32,000 nt of DNA from Candidatus Harpocratesius repetitus (GTDB taxonomy: Archaea; Asgardarchaeota; Lokiarchaeia; Sigyniarchaeales; Promethearchaeaceae), in contig JAIZWK010000001.1 of assembly GCA_021498095.1 (NCBI GenBank), positions 2,250,001 to 2,282,000 of the forward strand, read 5' to 3'. Under the pieces are notes generated by a model, which was not told the DNA's origin, did no database searches, and saw nothing but the letters and a program-made list of their open reading frames with translations. Shown here piece by piece: positions 1 to 9,709 of this stretch (its first letter is position 1; every line of letters begins with the position of its first letter). The position numbers and the translations under genes were made by a program.

Positions 1-1
1 A

Positions 2-790
2 ATATCAATACAACAACTAATTGAAAAAAAAAACGAATATTTCCAGCAGAATTTAGAAAAAATCGAAAGAGAAATAAAAATACAGACAAGCCATTTCGGT
101 GTATGTGCAAAGGAAATTTCCCATTATTATTATTCTGATATAGGATTAGGTATTGAAAGGTGGTTTCGATTAATCTATAATGCAGAAAAATCTATTGTCC
201 TTTCATCTCTTCCTTTGAAAATATATAAGCGAATTGAACCTGCATTAAAGCATGCGTTTCAAAAAGGAATTCAAATTCAAATTTACTATTCTCGATTGGA
301 TTTTAATTTTGAGAATCAAGAGATGGAAGTTTTAGAAAAAATAATGGATATTCTTCAGAATTTGCGTTTTAATTTGATAGAATTAGAAGAAAAAACGTGT
401 CAGAATGTTGGATTTAATAATCAAATAATTCAGAATGGATTTCTTCTAATTGATAACATTTTTTTTAATTCACTGGGATTTTTAGATGAAAAGGTGTTCT
501 ACATTCATGGCTTTTATTCAAAGAATACCGTTGAACAAATTACTCGCCTTTTTCAGTTGAAAACCCCAAAAAAACATATAGAATTGAAATATCCAAAGGT
601 GTATAGCAAAATAATCCAGATAATTCAAACAAACCAAAATCCTATTAAAACTCGAGATCTCAGTAGAATTATCGGAATTGGGGGAACTAAGCTTAAACAA
701 ATGTTAGATTTTTTAGTGAGAGAAGGTGAAATTCAGAAAAAAATTGTCAGTTCTACTCGAGGTCGTCCTGCTGTTTATTATTTTTATTAA
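2..790 (+). CDS. TrmB-like transcriptional regulator, 5'-partial, with an additional C-terminal winged-HTH-like domain
   Basis: The frame of the 215..790 ORF is open back to position 2 (ISIQQLIEKKNEYFQQNLEKIEREI...ERWFRLIYNAEKSIVLSSLP), so the gene starts before the window. The coiled coil followed by 'LIYNAEKSIV' resembles the TrmB linker and effector domain. The C-terminal 'IKTRDLSRIIGIGGTKLKQMLDFLVREGEIQKK...GRPAVYYF' is wHTH-like. Confidence 0.6.
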   Translation: MSIQQLIEKKNEYFQQNLEKIEREIKIQTSHFGVCAKEISHYYYSDIGLGIERWFRLIYNAEKSIVLSSLPLKIYKRIEPALKHAFQKGIQIQIYYSRLDFNFENQEMEVLEKIMDILQNLRFNLIELEEKTCQNVGFNNQIIQNGFLLIDNIFFNSLGFLDEKVFYIHGFYSKNTVEQITRLFQLKTPKKHIELKYPKVYSKIIQIIQTNQNPIKTRDLSRIIGIGGTKLKQMLDFLVREGEIQKKIVSSTRGRPAVYYFY

Positions 791-1020
791 TATATTTTTA
801 GAAATATGATTTTTTTGAAAACTTAGCTCATAACCAGTGTGTATGAACAAAACTTTATATAATCCTATTTTTTGCATTCTTTTATTGATTTTAATTGAAT
901 GGATTAGATTTTAAAATTTTACATAAAATAGAGCGAGTTTATTTGAGTTTTTAATATTCTCACGATGCTTATTGATATGTTTTAAGATCTTTTTTTTTGA
1001 TTACACATTGAAAGGACATA

Positions 1021-1040
1021 AAATAACAAACATTTATATA
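1021..1040 (+). promoter_or_regulatory. Putative archaeal promoter (purine-rich BRE-like segment plus TATA box TTTATATA at 1033-1040) upstream of two small ORFs
   Basis: AAATAACAAACA-TTTATATA lies about 55 bp upstream of the ATG at 1096 and is flanked by TACACACT boxes. Motif match only, in AT-rich DNA. Confidence 0.4.
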
Positions 1041-1095
1041 TGATACACACTATTATTTAATTGTAATACACACTCATTACATAAAGTGAAAAATT

Positions 1096-1176
1096 ATGAA
1101 TCAATTAAATTACAATAATAGATACCCCCAATACCGATATCAAATTCAATTTGAAAATCGATTTGTTGCTTATTAA
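1096..1176 (+). CDS. Putative 26-aa peptide MNQLNYNNRYPQYRYQIQFENRFVAY
   Basis: ATG...TAA read by hand, preceded by AAGTGA. Resembles the next small ORF (shared MNQ start and IQxEN motif). Confidence 0.45.
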   Translation: MNQLNYNNRYPQYRYQIQFENRFVAY

Positions 1177-1251
1177 GAAATAGATGAATTCCTGTAGTTA
1201 TACCTTTTTTTTGATAATATTTAAACCAAAATAAAATTCAAGGTGAATTAA

Positions 1252-1341
1252 ATGAACCAAATGCATAATCGAAACCAACAAAAAAATCTTAATCGCATCC
1301 AAGCCGAAAATGAGACTTTCTATCTCCGATTTCGCTTCTGA
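1252..1341 (+). CDS. Putative 29-aa peptide MNQMHNRNQQKNLNRIQAENETFYLRFRF
   Basis: ATG...TGA with an AGGTGA Shine-Dalgarno at 1241-1246 and a T-rich tract downstream. Resembles ORF 1096-1176. Confidence 0.5.
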   Translation: MNQMHNRNQQKNLNRIQAENETFYLRFRF

Positions 1342-1484
1342 ACAGAAATCTCAAATTTTATTTATATTTTTTTCCACTCCCTTTTTTACCTTAATGAAAG
1401 ATTATTGGCGAAATAAATTAAGATTAAGAAGAAAATATACAGAAAACTATTATTATTTCTTTGATTTAGCTGAATTTGATTAGA

Positions 1485-2108
1485 ATGAAATTTTATGATA
1501 TCAGCTTACAAATTGACGAAACTCTTCTAAATTATCCTGGTGATCCTCCTGTAAAATTTCAGAAAATAGAGACAATTGGAAAAAGCCAATGGAATTTATC
1601 AATAATCTCACTTAGCGCACATTCAGGAACACACGTTGATTCTGACTTGCATATATCTGCTACTGGGAGACCTGCCAGCGAAATAAATTTAGAGCAATGT
1701 TATGGAAAAGCATTAGTGGTTGATCTAACTGAATTATCTCTTGGGGAAATGATCCAAATTCATCATCTTAAGAATTTTATTATTCATCCTCAAGATTGGA
1801 CAAATTTAATTATCTTGTTTAAAACGGGTAATTCTAAAATTGGATATGATACTTTTCATGAAGATTGGGTAGGGCTTTCACTCGAAGGGGCTAATTTTCT
1901 AAGAAAATGTGGTATCAAAGCTGTAGGAATTGATTCACTTACAATCGGAACATATGATACTCATAAAGAATTACTATTACATCAAATCTTGGTGTATGAA
2001 GGCTTAAATTTGGTTGACGTTACTCCAGGTGAATATTTATTTGTTGGATTTCCTATAAAAATTAGGACAGAAGGTGCATTTGTTCGTGCAGTTCTAATCA
2101 AAGAATGA
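1485..2108 (+). CDS. Cyclase-family metal-dependent hydrolase (kynurenine formamidase KynB-like)
   Basis: Motifs YPGDPP, HSGTHVD, AVGIDSLT, 'HKELL...VYEGLNL', 'FPIKIR-EGAFVRAV'. ATG at 1485 preferred over TTG at 1476. Confidence 0.9.
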   Translation: MKFYDISLQIDETLLNYPGDPPVKFQKIETIGKSQWNLSIISLSAHSGTHVDSDLHISATGRPASEINLEQCYGKALVVDLTELSLGEMIQIHHLKNFIIHPQDWTNLIILFKTGNSKIGYDTFHEDWVGLSLEGANFLRKCGIKAVGIDSLTIGTYDTHKELLLHQILVYEGLNLVDVTPGEYLFVGFPIKIRTEGAFVRAVLIKE

Positions 2109-2241
2109 GTACTAGCGATTTTTAACGAATTCTTTTTTTTTTCTACCTTTCCAAATTATTTTTGTAAAAAATGAATCCAAATCTTTCATTTCTTCAAAAA
2201 ATGCTAACATATTTTAATCAGAGTGACAATTTTAATTAATA

Positions 2242-2559
2242 ATGTCATTTGATATCTTTCTTTTAGAAACGCTCAAATTTAAAATTCAATCAAAATTAGA
2301 TCAATATGCTCCACCATTAATTGCTAATCTCTCAGAAAGAGCCAATGATCTTTATATTATTCGACGTATCTTCTATCAGCAGTTGCTTAAAATATTAGAT
2401 GAATCTTATATTGAAAATGCTCTTAAAAATTCCAATATGACTTTTTCAGATTACGTCCGCTCTTCTATTCGACAGATTTTCAAATCTTGTAATCCAAAAT
2501 ATGCACAAAACTTGAAAATATTAGAAGAAGATATTAATGAATTATTTATCTTGTTATAA
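2242..2559 (+). CDS. Hypothetical protein (105 aa, predicted helical)
   Basis: ATG-initiated ORF co-oriented between two real genes, with normal composition. Confidence 0.7.
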   Translation: MSFDIFLLETLKFKIQSKLDQYAPPLIANLSERANDLYIIRRIFYQQLLKILDESYIENALKNSNMTFSDYVRSSIRQIFKSCNPKYAQNLKILEEDINELFILL

Positions 2560-2679
2560 AGTTCATTATTAATCTCAAGAAGCTTTTTCATACTAAAATG
2601 TATTGTGAAATTTCTTGATCATATCTACATAATATCTCTTTTCAATAGTTTGGGATCGTTTTTCATCATAAGGAAGAAG

Positions 2680-4980
2680 GTGATAAACACGTCAAATCCA
2701 TGGAATTCTCTCTTTTCTAAAGAAATTTCGCTTTCATTAAATAATTCTAATTCCCAAGACACTGTTTCAGATAATTCAAAAAAAACCAATACCAAATCTA
2801 ATTCTGTTTCTTCTTCTGAAGATGCATCTTTTAATTTAAACATGATTTTCGACAATATACCTGAAGATATTTCATTATCTGATTCAACAGCTAATTCAAG
2901 TTCAATAAAGCAACCTAATCTTAATCATCACATTAATTCAAGTTCTGACCTTCCTTCCTTCTTTTCTTCTACTGAAATCCCATTTCCTTCTTCAAATAAA
3001 TCGACATACGTCTCAAAAGAATCATTGGATTCTTTAGAAAATGAATATTTTCGAAAAAAAAAACTTAAATTTCAAAATGTTCCAAAAATAGTCGATTCTT
3101 CCAACTTTAAACATGATGAAAACTTCAATTTAGAATATGAATATAATGAACCCAAAGACAATGTTGATAGAGAAGCAATTAACCCATCATCAAAAACCAG
3201 TAAATTATCAGATATACGTTGGAATCAAATGAGAATACCAAGATCAAACAATATTTATAAGGATCTTTCCAAAAAACCAAAACCACTTCCTTATAATCAC
3301 TCTAATGAAAAGTCACAACGAAATTTTGGAGGAAATAAAGCTTTACAAAATATGTATAATCGAATGCAATCTCGTGATCAATTTAAGAATTTAGAACATT
3401 TATCACAAAGACAGCAGAAAACAGAAAAAATAGATTTAGGTTTTAAAAAACTAGCTAAACAGCAAAATGTCACTGCTGAACATCTTCAAAATTTTAAATC
3501 AATCAAAAATTCGATTGATAATAATAATAATAAATTTGATGATCATAGTTATCTTAATAATATTTCTAACAAAAATACTTTAAAAAATAATTCAGAATTA
3601 CATTATTATTCTCAAAAAAACGCACATTATAATGAACAGAATTTTTCCTCATATATTAATAAAGATCTCATAAGAAATTCAAGTTTTAAAAATCAAATGA
3701 AAGATAATTATAGTATTAGGAATCCTTCAACTAAAGCAGATATCCAGTATAAAACAGTTAATAATCAAAATTTTCATATTCCAGATATCCCTCCGATGAA
3801 GAATAAAACTAAATATTCAATTAGAAATGTATTTGGATTAAAAAATCTTGCATTTCCTGAAAATAATTCTTTCCAAAATCGAGAAAATAACAATAAAAAT
3901 TTATACTCATTATCAAAAATTTCTTCCTACCCAGAGATTAATTATGCTTCAGAACATAGGCCTTCTCCAGATCCTTCAAACAAAAGACATAATAATCCCG
4001 CATCTCGACAATTCTCAAGATTTCAAGACTATTCGAATGCACAGTTTTCTTCAGTCTCTAAACCTTCATTAAATCAATCCTCTTTTGTTGATTTTAACCA
4101 AAATAATATAAATCAAGAATTTTTGGATAGAAAACAAGGAATGTTTACAAGTTCTGGCAATTTTGACAATCTCAATTCTCCTGGCGCTTCTATTTATCCA
4201 AATGGTTCGAATTATCCAAACGGCTCAAACAATTCTAATCGTTTTAATTATTTTAATCATTACATTATTCCGCAATCTCCTTATAAGGAAGGATATGCTC
4301 ATGAATTTCCTAAGAATGCGTATGCTCAAACATCACGATTTGGTTTCCGAAGTTTTAATAATTCTATACCAAATCAAAATGAATCACCATTTTATCGAGC
4401 AAATTTTCAAGATCAACAGCAATCCGATCATTTTTCAAGATATAAGACACTATTTGAACCCAATGAACTTAGTATTCAAAATCAAAATCATCAAATTTCA
4501 GATTATTCACAGCGCTCGTTCTTTCAACCACCTAATTTAGCTTCTCGTATTCAACCACTTAATTTAGAAAGACAAATCGATCCCCTTCATCAAGTATATC
4601 AAAGGCATGAAAATAGCACTGCATTCCGACATTTTAATCAAGAAGAGTTAACATATCCGGAACCGGTCTCCCGACATCAGTCAGAAGATTTTGATCTTCG
4701 TAGATCTTTTATAATTGAAACAATTTCTGATATGAAATCAACTGCACCTTTAAAGATCCAAATCCTTGAAATGCTCAATAATAAAAAATCTGTCTCAGAA
4801 ACAGAATTATTAAGACAAATTAAAAAATCAGGCCAATATCTTGGAAATGTAGCATTGGGATTAATTATGTTTCACTTGATCGAAGAATTTGGCTCAGATA
4901 TGATCCAACGTTCCTTTTCTGAGGGAAAATTTTTCTACTCCCTTTCTTCTGAATTTAAAGCAATTTTTAAAGATTTTTAG
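2680..4980 (+). CDS. Large N/S/Q-rich low-complexity protein with a ~95-aa folded, wHTH-like C-terminal domain
   Basis: 2.3-kb open frame. Likely start is GTG at 2680 after AGGAAGAAG (ORF track begins at 2605). Asn/Ser/Gln dominate, with an internal YPNGSN-YPNGSN repeat. The C-terminus 'FDLRRSFIIETI...FFYSLSSEFKAIFKDF' has amphipathic helices and a beta wing. Confidence 0.75.
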   Translation: MINTSNPWNSLFSKEISLSLNNSNSQDTVSDNSKKTNTKSNSVSSSEDASFNLNMIFDNIPEDISLSDSTANSSSIKQPNLNHHINSSSDLPSFFSSTEIPFPSSNKSTYVSKESLDSLENEYFRKKKLKFQNVPKIVDSSNFKHDENFNLEYEYNEPKDNVDREAINPSSKTSKLSDIRWNQMRIPRSNNIYKDLSKKPKPLPYNHSNEKSQRNFGGNKALQNMYNRMQSRDQFKNLEHLSQRQQKTEKIDLGFKKLAKQQNVTAEHLQNFKSIKNSIDNNNNKFDDHSYLNNISNKNTLKNNSELHYYSQKNAHYNEQNFSSYINKDLIRNSSFKNQMKDNYSIRNPSTKADIQYKTVNNQNFHIPDIPPMKNKTKYSIRNVFGLKNLAFPENNSFQNRENNNKNLYSLSKISSYPEINYASEHRPSPDPSNKRHNNPASRQFSRFQDYSNAQFSSVSKPSLNQSSFVDFNQNNINQEFLDRKQGMFTSSGNFDNLNSPGASIYPNGSNYPNGSNNSNRFNYFNHYIIPQSPYKEGYAHEFPKNAYAQTSRFGFRSFNNSIPNQNESPFYRANFQDQQQSDHFSRYKTLFEPNELSIQNQNHQISDYSQRSFFQPPNLASRIQPLNLERQIDPLHQVYQRHENSTAFRHFNQEELTYPEPVSRHQSEDFDLRRSFIIETISDMKSTAPLKIQILEMLNNKKSVSETELLRQIKKSGQYLGNVALGLIMFHLIEEFGSDMIQRSFSEGKFFYSLSSEFKAIFKDF

Positions 4981-5125
4981 TGTTGATAAGTTTTTTTTGT
5001 TAATTTTAGTGACAAAAACCTTATTATAAAATCAACCAATTTCTAAATTATTAAGAATTTTCTTGTAGAATTATAGTGTTTTTTCTGCTTGAAATTCTTG
5101 ATAACTAGCTATTATAGTGATTTTT

Positions 5126-6412
5126 ATGGCTGAAGAAAAAATAATGAACCGCTGGATAGTTGTTGTCGGAGCGGTTTTAATTCAATTAGCTTTGGGTACA
5201 ATCTATTGCTGGGGAAATATGACCAAATATATAACACCATATTTGAATCAATACGCCAGTTCACCATTAGAAAGTACTCAAACGTTGTGGATTTTTGCGA
5301 TTGGTTTACTTGCATTTGCAATCACCATGATTTTTTCTGGTCAATTGCAACATAAAATCGGACCAATGCCAGTAGGAATAATTGGTGGTGTGTTAGTCGC
5401 TACTGGAGTATTGTTATCTTATTGGATGACAAGTCTTTTGGGAATGATCTTAACCTATGGATTATTATTTGGGATTGGAATAGGATTTGCTTATGTAACT
5501 CCAATTGCGTGTGCTGCAAAATGGTTTCCTGATAAAAAAGGTTTAATAAATGGAATTGCAGTTGCAGGTTTCGGAGCTGGTGCTTTTATATTTAATATAA
5601 TTGCCACTGCATATGTAAACCCCCAAAAACTTGCAGATCCATCTGATCCAACAATCCTTGCAAGGGTTCCTGGTCTTTTTATATTATTGGCGATCATTTA
5701 TTTCGTAATGATTTTGGGTGGCTCGTTGACTTTACGAAATCCTCCAGAAGGATATATTCCAAAAGGATGGACACCTCCCGAACAAAAAGAAAGTAAGACT
5801 GTGTCAATTGGTGTAGAAATTCCTCGTGAACAAGCAATAAAACTCCCTCAATTTTGGATTCTCTGGGGAATGTTTGTATTAACTGCAGCAGCTGGATTAT
5901 TCACGATTGGTTATTACTCTACTTTTGGAAAAAATGCTGCATGGGGTACAGATGTATTTCTTAGTTCTGTGGGCTCATGGGCTGCCTTATTTAATGGTTT
6001 AGGCCGAATTGTTTGGGGAAAACTTGCAGATGTTATTGGATATAAGAAAGTCCATTTAATCACTTTCGGAATTCAAAGTGCATTAATGTTAACTTTTGCA
6101 TTGTCAATAAATAGTCAAGTAATGTTCTTCATCTGGGTCTGTTTGATATATTTCTGTTTTGGTGGAAATTTCTCTCTCTATCCAACAGGAACTGCAGATC
6201 TCTTTGGATCAAAGAACTTAGGTCCAAATTATGGCATTATCTTTACTGCTTATGGAATTGCAGGAGTTACGGGTGCATTATTAGCAAAACCATTAGGAAA
6301 TTCCCTTGGTGCATGGGGTCTATTTGTTACAATGGGTATATTAGGTATTCTGGCTTTAGTCTTAAACTTAATTTTAAAACCTGTTAAATTAGATTCATCT
6401 AAGACTGCATAA
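5126..6412 (+). CDS. MFS transporter, oxalate/formate antiporter (OFA)-like family
   Basis: About 12 hydrophobic segments. Motifs 'QLALGTIYCW', 'KWFPDKKGLINGIAVAGFGAG', 'FNGLGRIVWGKLADVIG', 'DLFGSKNLGPNYG'. ATG at 5126. Confidence 0.9.
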   Translation: MAEEKIMNRWIVVVGAVLIQLALGTIYCWGNMTKYITPYLNQYASSPLESTQTLWIFAIGLLAFAITMIFSGQLQHKIGPMPVGIIGGVLVATGVLLSYWMTSLLGMILTYGLLFGIGIGFAYVTPIACAAKWFPDKKGLINGIAVAGFGAGAFIFNIIATAYVNPQKLADPSDPTILARVPGLFILLAIIYFVMILGGSLTLRNPPEGYIPKGWTPPEQKESKTVSIGVEIPREQAIKLPQFWILWGMFVLTAAAGLFTIGYYSTFGKNAAWGTDVFLSSVGSWAALFNGLGRIVWGKLADVIGYKKVHLITFGIQSALMLTFALSINSQVMFFIWVCLIYFCFGGNFSLYPTGTADLFGSKNLGPNYGIIFTAYGIAGVTGALLAKPLGNSLGAWGLFVTMGILGILALVLNLILKPVKLDSSKTA

Positions 6413-6713
6413 ATCAAAAAAGAGATTTGTACAATTTATATTAATGAAATTTTTTAGTTTTATTTTTTCTTTTCTTTTATAAATTTGTTCAATTTTCATA
6501 TTTGATTAAAAATGATAATGTTTGTTAATAAAGACTTCATTATATTCTAGAAAATATAAGAAAAATAGAATATTTAAAAAAAGGATGACTTGATTGTTCT
6601 GGTTGTTTTAGAATATTCTATCGATAATTTCATAAAATCATTATCTGAAACTTGGCCATAATGAAGAATCGAGATTGAGATCCCTCTTTTTATTCTTAAT
6701 ATTATTACTTTTA

Positions 6714-6977
6714 TTAATATTCCTCAACTTCTGCAATCGCGCGTTTTTCAATATGCTTACGTTTTCCAATATGAAGTTTTTGCTTTTTTTCTTCCTCCCT
6801 CATTTTTTTGAGCAATTTTCTATTTTCAATTATTTTTTCATAACGATTTTTTTCGTGGTTGAATTTTGTTGATCGATCTTCCACATCTAGGTCTGCTAAT
6901 TTTTGAATGTCTTCATGACGCTTTCTGTTTAATTCTGCATGTACATTTTTTCGAGGTTTTTTGTATTTATCTGTCAT
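6714..6977 (-). CDS. Small basic coiled-coil hypothetical protein (87 aa)
   Basis: ATG preceded by AGGTGAAAAACC (good SD). K/R/E-rich sequence. Confidence 0.75.
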   Translation of the reverse strand: MTDKYKKPRKNVHAELNRKRHEDIQKLADLDVEDRSTKFNHEKNRYEKIIENRKLLKKMREEEKKQKLHIGKRKHIEKRAIAEVEEY

Positions 6978-7243
6978 GGTTTTTCACCTAAAAATTCGTC
7001 AGTTTAATTTTTTTTTAAAAATACATGGAATCTTAATTCCTGTATAAAACTTAGTATTTTATTTGATTCAGATTTAGAACAATCGTAGAGAAAAAATAGT
7101 GTCATCCATAATACTTTACTAAATTCGTCTTAAAAAACTTTTCATATTCTTATTATAAGTAAATTTCTTAAGAATTTGACAAAAAAATCATCAAAGATTC
7201 AAAAAAGTACTATATGAATTCCGAGAATTTCTTATGAAAAAAA

Positions 7244-8638
7244 TTAAAATGCGGGAGATCCGCAATTTGGACATATTCGCTCATTAGGTTTTAATTGATG
7301 GGAACAGACTTTACAAATTCGAATTCCATTTCTCATCTGCTTTTTCCTACGTCGCTCCGCCAACCTCTTTCTCGCTAAAGCCGCTTTTTCTTCTTCAGTC
7401 ATAGTTGATTCTTGACTTTTGGATTCTTCTTCTTTTTCTTCCTTTGATTTTTCTTCTTTTTCCGTTTCGCCAGCAGCTACACCAACAGGCTGAAATCCGA
7501 ACAAACCTCTCTTTACTTTAAATTTACCTTTTTTAATAACTCCTTCTTCAGTAGTTTCTTCAGATACCTTTGTACTAGATGCTTCTTGTTCTGCAGTTTT
7601 TTCTTCTTTTATCATTGTTTTTTCCTCTTCAGTTTTAGCTTTAGACTCTGAACTAACTTGTGTAGTCTCACCTTCAGGATTCCATGTTTCTTCTTCTAAT
7701 TCTTCTAACATTCCTCCTCCAGTTTCTTCTTCTCCTGGATAAGGTTCCCCATTAATTTCATAAACTCGGTGCTCATCTAATTTAATTAAGCCACCACAAT
7801 TTACACACCTGAAAATATTTTTTAATCCAATATTTTTCTTCCATGTATATAGAGCCGCACAACATTCGTGATAAGGTTTGCCGCAAAGTGGACATGACAT
7901 TTTATCTTCAGGTAAAGAACAGTATTCACATATTTCTTTTCCACAAATAAGACATGGACCAAGATTTGGTTCAGCAGCGGTGAGTAATTTTGCTACATTT
8001 TCATAGTAGAGTTTTTTATCCTTATCAATTTCCTGCCCTCCTTCTGCTCGTAAATCAGGTAATGTCTTATTTTTAGCCAAAGCAACAAATTTACTTAAAA
8101 ATTCTTTTTCGTTTTGGGCATAGAATAATCCGCCTGAAGTAAGAGTCGATATTATTCGAAGTTTTACATCATCTGAATACCTTTCATTCCCCCCAATGCG
8201 AATAATATCAATAAATGTAGGAAAATTTTTGACAGTTTCAACTAATTCCATTAATGCTTCTGCATATTCAGATGATTTCTGGCTCGGAGAATCACTAATT
8301 ACAATTACTCGATAATTTCCTGCTTTTTGGGCCGCTTTTTGAGCTAAAAAGCTTAAGCAGTAAAACAATCCATTTTCAAAATTACTTTGACTGATTTCTC
8401 GTTTTTTCCAATCTGTATTAATTTGATTTTTGATTTCTTTTATATTACTCATCTCTTCAGATAGAAAAGGTGTGTTTTCTTTTAAAAAATAGAAACAACT
8501 AAATGAACAGTTTGGAATTTTATTCAATTTATCTTTTATGAATTGATCTATTCCTTTGAGTAAATTCTTTTTTGATAAAATATCAGTTGATAAATCTAAG
8601 TAAAACACAATCGATTCGGGCAAAAGTGTTGGTGTCAT
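7244..8638 (-). CDS. vWA-like domain + Cys/His zinc-binding (RING/PHD-like) domain + acidic linker + C-terminal zinc ribbon
   Basis: N-terminal 'IVFYLDLS...VIVISDSP...FIDIIRIG...TSGGLFYA' pattern of a vWA fold. Zinc ligands CLIC..CEYC..CPLC..HECC..CVNC. E/K-rich linker. Terminal CKVC-x10-CPNC. Confidence 0.8.
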   Translation of the reverse strand: MTPTLLPESIVFYLDLSTDILSKKNLLKGIDQFIKDKLNKIPNCSFSCFYFLKENTPFLSEEMSNIKEIKNQINTDWKKREISQSNFENGLFYCLSFLAQKAAQKAGNYRVIVISDSPSQKSSEYAEALMELVETVKNFPTFIDIIRIGGNERYSDDVKLRIISTLTSGGLFYAQNEKEFLSKFVALAKNKTLPDLRAEGGQEIDKDKKLYYENVAKLLTAAEPNLGPCLICGKEICEYCSLPEDKMSCPLCGKPYHECCAALYTWKKNIGLKNIFRCVNCGGLIKLDEHRVYEINGEPYPGEEETGGGMLEELEEETWNPEGETTQVSSESKAKTEEEKTMIKEEKTAEQEASSTKVSEETTEEGVIKKGKFKVKRGLFGFQPVGVAAGETEKEEKSKEEKEEESKSQESTMTEEEKAALARKRLAERRRKKQMRNGIRICKVCSHQLKPNERICPNCGSPAF

Positions 8639-8789
8639 GGTAACTCTCTTTAATTATTTTTTTAAAATTGATTATTTATTGTATAGTAAATACTTCGTAA
8701 ATTTATGTTAAATAGTTTGTTCATCATGGTTCCTCTACAATGAAATTATTATTAACAATCCACACTAATATATACATGGTGACGCAACG

Positions 8790-9380
8790 TTGAGTGAATC
8801 TGATGAAATATACGTCCAACAGCGCGATGAAGGCGAAATTACTTATAAAATTATCGTGATTGGAGATCCGGCTATTGGTAAAACTAGCCTAATCCGTAAA
8901 TATGTTAAATATCAATTTGAAAAGGATTATATTCCTACTGTCGGTGTTTCAATTTCAAAACAGCCAATAGAATTGAACATAGGAGGAAAACAAATCAAGA
9001 TTAACCTAATGTTATGGGATCTTGCAGGACAACCACAATTTTTCTTGTTACACAAAGTCTATTTCAATGGTGCCAATGGAGTCTTATTAGGATTCGATCT
9101 TACTCGTACTCATACTTACTCTAATACAAAAGAATGGCATAAAGAGTTAGTTAAGAACGGTTTAACTGCTTTACCAATGGTCTATTTTGGTAATAAATCA
9201 GATTTGAAGGATGAGAGAAAGGTTGCACAGCCACATATAGAATATATGCAAGAACAACTGGGTATTCCCGATTATGTTGAAACTTCTGCTTTATCTGGTG
9301 ATAATGTTGATCGATTATTTGAATTGATTGCCCGTCGGATATATGAAAAAAGACAAAATGAAAAAATAACCAGTAAATAA
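8790..9380 (+). CDS. Rab-like small GTPase (Ras superfamily)
   Basis: G1 GDPAIGKT, G2 YIPTVG, G3 WDLAGQ, G4 NKSD, G5 ETSAL. TTG start with GGTGA at 8778-8782. No C-terminal prenylation cysteines. Confidence 0.95.
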   Translation: MSESDEIYVQQRDEGEITYKIIVIGDPAIGKTSLIRKYVKYQFEKDYIPTVGVSISKQPIELNIGGKQIKINLMLWDLAGQPQFFLLHKVYFNGANGVLLGFDLTRTHTYSNTKEWHKELVKNGLTALPMVYFGNKSDLKDERKVAQPHIEYMQEQLGIPDYVETSALSGDNVDRLFELIARRIYEKRQNEKITSK

Positions 9381-9709
9381 ATAAAATGTGTAATTTTCTT
9401 TTTTAATATTAAATTATTCAATCTTCTATTCTTAGATCTACTTTTTAAGTAATATAATTTCCATTATTTCAAAATTTAAATTGATTTTATAGATTTTATT
9501 TATAATTACAAAATATAATAAAATTTTATGCTTCCATAATTTAAAATAAAATAGGAAAAATTGATTATTCCTATACGATTTTAGGGGAACAAAAATTGGT
9601 GAATAACCAAGCAAATCAAGCAAATTTTTTAAGATGCAAAGAGCAATACGTACTAAAGAATTGAAAATGAGGGAAGAACTTTTTCCCAATTGAGATGAAG
9701 GAACAAACC

